The position numbers were made by a program, and so were the translations under genes. The notes under the pieces were generated by a model. It saw nothing but the letters and a program-made list of their open reading frames with translations. It did not search any database and was not told where the DNA came from. A DNA stretch of 64,000 bases from Setoptus koraiensis (lineage: Eukaryota > Animalia > Arthropoda), in assembly GCA_048013815.1 (NCBI GenBank), contig CM106586.1, forward strand, positions 10,912,001-10,976,000, read 5' to 3'. Of the stretch, positions 61,253 to 64,000 are shown in pieces. Position 1 is the first letter of the stretch. Every line of letters starts with the position of its first letter.

Positions 61253-61988
61253 TCTGGAGTTCGCATGACGATGGCAGCGACTTGCGGCACCGACCGACCG
61301 CTGCTGGCACCGCACAACAACCGCACTACAGTGGCCAGAGTAGCCTGGCAGCGACGGACGGGCAAAGGTTAGCGGGATTGAGTGGTCAGTGCTAAATTGA
61401 TTGATTGTTACTAGCGCCGTTGCTAAACAATAACAGTAACGGCAACACAATAATAATGTTATAATGTTAACCAGTGATAATAATTAAATCGGCCGCCGCT
61501 CGCAACAACAATCGGCCCTCTATTGTCGGTCGTCTCTCTCACTGCCAAATGAGCCCATTCCACCCAACGAACATTCTGCCAAATGAACCGAACTGGTCTA
61601 AATGCCTGCCCAATCGGATCTAAGCGGCTGAGACAGTGCTGCCCATGCAATTGATTCGCCGTTTGATTGCATTGGTATCGGCAGCGGCGAGACAGCGCCA
61701 AAATGCGGCCCGTCTCCGCTTGCCCCATTCAGTTTCAGGCAAGGGGGCGCTTGCTGCTGGTGTCGTTGCCATTGTAACAATGGCAACGTCGGCTGCGGCC
61801 CGCTCACTTGCTCGGGGCCACTCTGTCGGGCGTCGCTGTTGGGCGTCGCTGCGGCAGCCCACTATGCGGCTCGGGGGTGCATGCGATTCACCTGTCGCTG
61901 TGGCCATTCTGTGATACGTTCCGCATGAAAGGATTGTGTCTATCATGCCAGTTGTGCTCTGTCCCGATTGGCGACTCTCAATTCGCGA

Positions 61989-62098
61989 GTCCGAAAGAAT
62001 CGAGTCGAGCGTCCGAAAGAATCGAGCCAACAGTCCGAGAGAATCGAGTCGAGAGCGCGAAAAAATCGAGCCAACAGCGCCAACGGATCGAGTCGAGC
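61989..62098. repeat. 5 x 22-bp minisatellite with A-B-A-B-A alternation
   Basis: Units end alternately in ATCGAGTCGAG(C/A) and ATCGAGCCAACA. Confidence 0.85.
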
Positions 62099-62880
62099 GT
62101 CTCAATGAATCTCAGCAGATGAGTGTTGCCATTATAATCTAATGAGAGTGCCAACAACACACAACGCACCGTCCCACTGTAAGGCGCTCACTCGCTGTAT
62201 CCGCTGCGATGTAATCAAGCAATCAATCAATCTCGCCAATGTTCATCAGTGGCGGCGGCGGCGCCGATTAATTACTCGCGGGCCGCGAGCAATCGCAGGG
62301 CCCGTGTGACCGGTGTAGCATGCGGCCAGCGCTAGTGGCCCGGCAACGGCATCCGGCAACTGCGGCCGGCTAAAAGGAGACCCGGAATTAAATAAACACG
62401 GCGCTGCCGGCCGCCAGAATGAAAATGTGGCTCAAAACTTGTTGCTCTGGCAACAACAACAACAACAATCCATCATGAACAATCGGCCCTTGTTGTCCGG
62501 CGTCGCTGACCGTACGCGTCACTCGCTGACGGTGCTACACGACCAACAACGACGGCAACAACAACAACAACAGCAACGGCAACAACAACAACGGCAACAG
62601 CAACAACACCGACAACCCAAATAGGGCAAACAACTAAATTTGCTGCCACTACCTGGCTGCCAGCGACCGTTGGCTCGCTGGCAAGATCAATGGCAAAAAG
62701 ACAATCGACCGTTGGGTGTCTCGCCGGGCTGCGTTGGCCTGCGTCCGCGGCGCGCTGTTGCTAAATGGCAGGTCCAGCGACTGCCGGGCTTGCGAGCCGC
62801 GCAACAGCAACAACAACAACAGCGACAGCAACAACAACAACAACAACGATTGTTGCTGGACAACAAGCGCGTCTGACAGC

Positions 62881-63008
62881 GCGATATTGCGTAACAGCGA
62901 TATTGCGTAACAGCGATATTGCGTAACGGCGATATTGCGTAACGGCGATACTGCGCAACGGCGATACTGCGCAACGGCGATACTGCGCAACAGCAATATT
63001 GCGTAACA
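62881..63008. repeat. 8 x 16-bp minisatellite GCGATA(T/C)TGCG(T/C)AAC(A/G)
   Basis: Exact 16-bp phasing verified. Five units contain ATTGCGTAAC. Confidence 0.95.
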
Positions 63009-63706
63009 GCAAGGTCAACAAACTGCATCAATGTTGCAGTTGTCGTTGTTGTCGGGCCGGCCAGTGCGTATCGCATCGGGCAAGCGATCGGATCGGATTG
63101 GACCGATTTGTTGTCGTTGTCGATGTTTGGTCGGTGTCGTTGTTGTTGCTCGCAGCCGCTCGTTCTGGTGGCCAGTGCCATGTTCAATTGGTTCAAATTG
63201 ATTGGTTATTGTTGTTGTTGCAGTTAGGTTATCTCGATCACGACTTGAGCATTCGACCACTCAACCATTTGACTCTCAAAAGTCAAAAAAATCGAGACGG
63301 CAGCTAACCTACATACACCGACCGACCATCGGATCGGATCGGATCGGAGAGCGTGCTTGTCGATGTTGTTGTTGTTGCTGGCGCTGCTGTTGTTGTCGGC
63401 GTAACGGCAATGGCTGTGAGTGGCAATTCACCTGTCGTTGCCGGCTGCCGATCGCAGTGACTTGTAGTGGTGGCTGTCACTTGAGCTAAGCGACAAATTT
63501 TCAATTGTGTTACCGCTAACGCGCAGCAAGCGTCATCATCATTTCACTTATTACATTATTATTTTGTATTATTATCGGGCCGCTACCATTCACTTGTCGC
63601 TCGCTGCTCTAATCACTGCAAACAGTGTAATGTCAATGTGACTCGTTAAAGTTCACAACACTGACTTTGGCACTGCCGTAAAGCGCCCGTTATACCGACA
63701 CAGTGT

Positions 63707-63826
63707 TTGTCGTTGTTGTCGTTGTTGTCGTTGTTGTCGTTGTTGTCGTTGTTGTCGTTGTTGCCGTTGTTGTCGCTGTTGTCGCTGTTGTCGCTGTTGT
63801 CGCTGCTGTCGCTGCTGTCGCTGTTG
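63707..63826. repeat. ~13 x 9-bp repeat TTGTCG(T/C)TG
   Basis: Direct read, with a gradient from GTTGTCGTT to GCTGTCGCT. Confidence 0.85.
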
Positions 63827-64000
63827 GCCGTCGGCTGTTGGTTGTTGTTTCTGGCCGGCCCACTCGATAGCTCGCCGAACGGGCCCAGTAGCTCGCCAGG
63901 TATTTGCCGATAGCCGGCAGCGTTACGTAATGTCTTGTCTGTAGTGTGTGTGTGTGTTGGCCAGCGCGCAAGAGCGCACAGCGTTGGTCGTGAACTTGAT

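Noticed and set aside
61459-61728. IWQNVRW resembling homeodomain helix 3
   Set aside because: It lacks the invariant WF.N.R pattern and the preceding helices.
61989-63008. CRISPR-like reading of the 22-bp and 16-bp arrays
   Set aside because: The units are contiguous with no unique spacers, the context is eukaryotic and there are no cas genes.

Overview
Eukaryotic DNA from a compact, intron-poor arthropod genome. An expansion/rebuf-type MH2 gene, short (~90-130 nt) introns and many intronless housekeeping genes suggest a mite, but that is inference. Positions 1-52 kb are gene-dense, with 16 recognisable genes: SMC1, CARS2, XPNPEP3, a CRAL-TRIO gene interrupted by one UGA, CLINT1/epsinR, MAF1, SNRK, IMMP2L, an HP1-family gene, SMIM14, TSR3, COQ5, UPB1, PICALM/LAP, an ABCG half-transporter and expansion. 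I resolved exon junctions by hand, and all spliced CDS lengths are multiples of 3. The intergenic space holds a nested DNA-transposon cluster (a TA-flanked pogo/Tigger relic carrying a hAT MITE and a second MITE), a triplicated ~285-bp unit resembling decayed WD40 repeats, and three short inverted copies of neighbouring genes (two of COQ5, one of expansion). Positions 52.4-64 kb have no recognisable CDS and are rich in micro- and minisatellites, including an 8x16-bp array of C/EBP-type sites and a 22-bp A/B alternating repeat. The strongest leads are the recurrent inverted gene-fragment duplications (one near-identical COQ5 copy whose only substitution removes the stop codon and which sits in a chimeric ORF), the retroposition-like AATAAA+A22 after IMMP2L, the in-frame UGA at an expected Arg, and SMC1's single GC-AG intron. 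I saw no rRNA, tRNA or CRISPR array.
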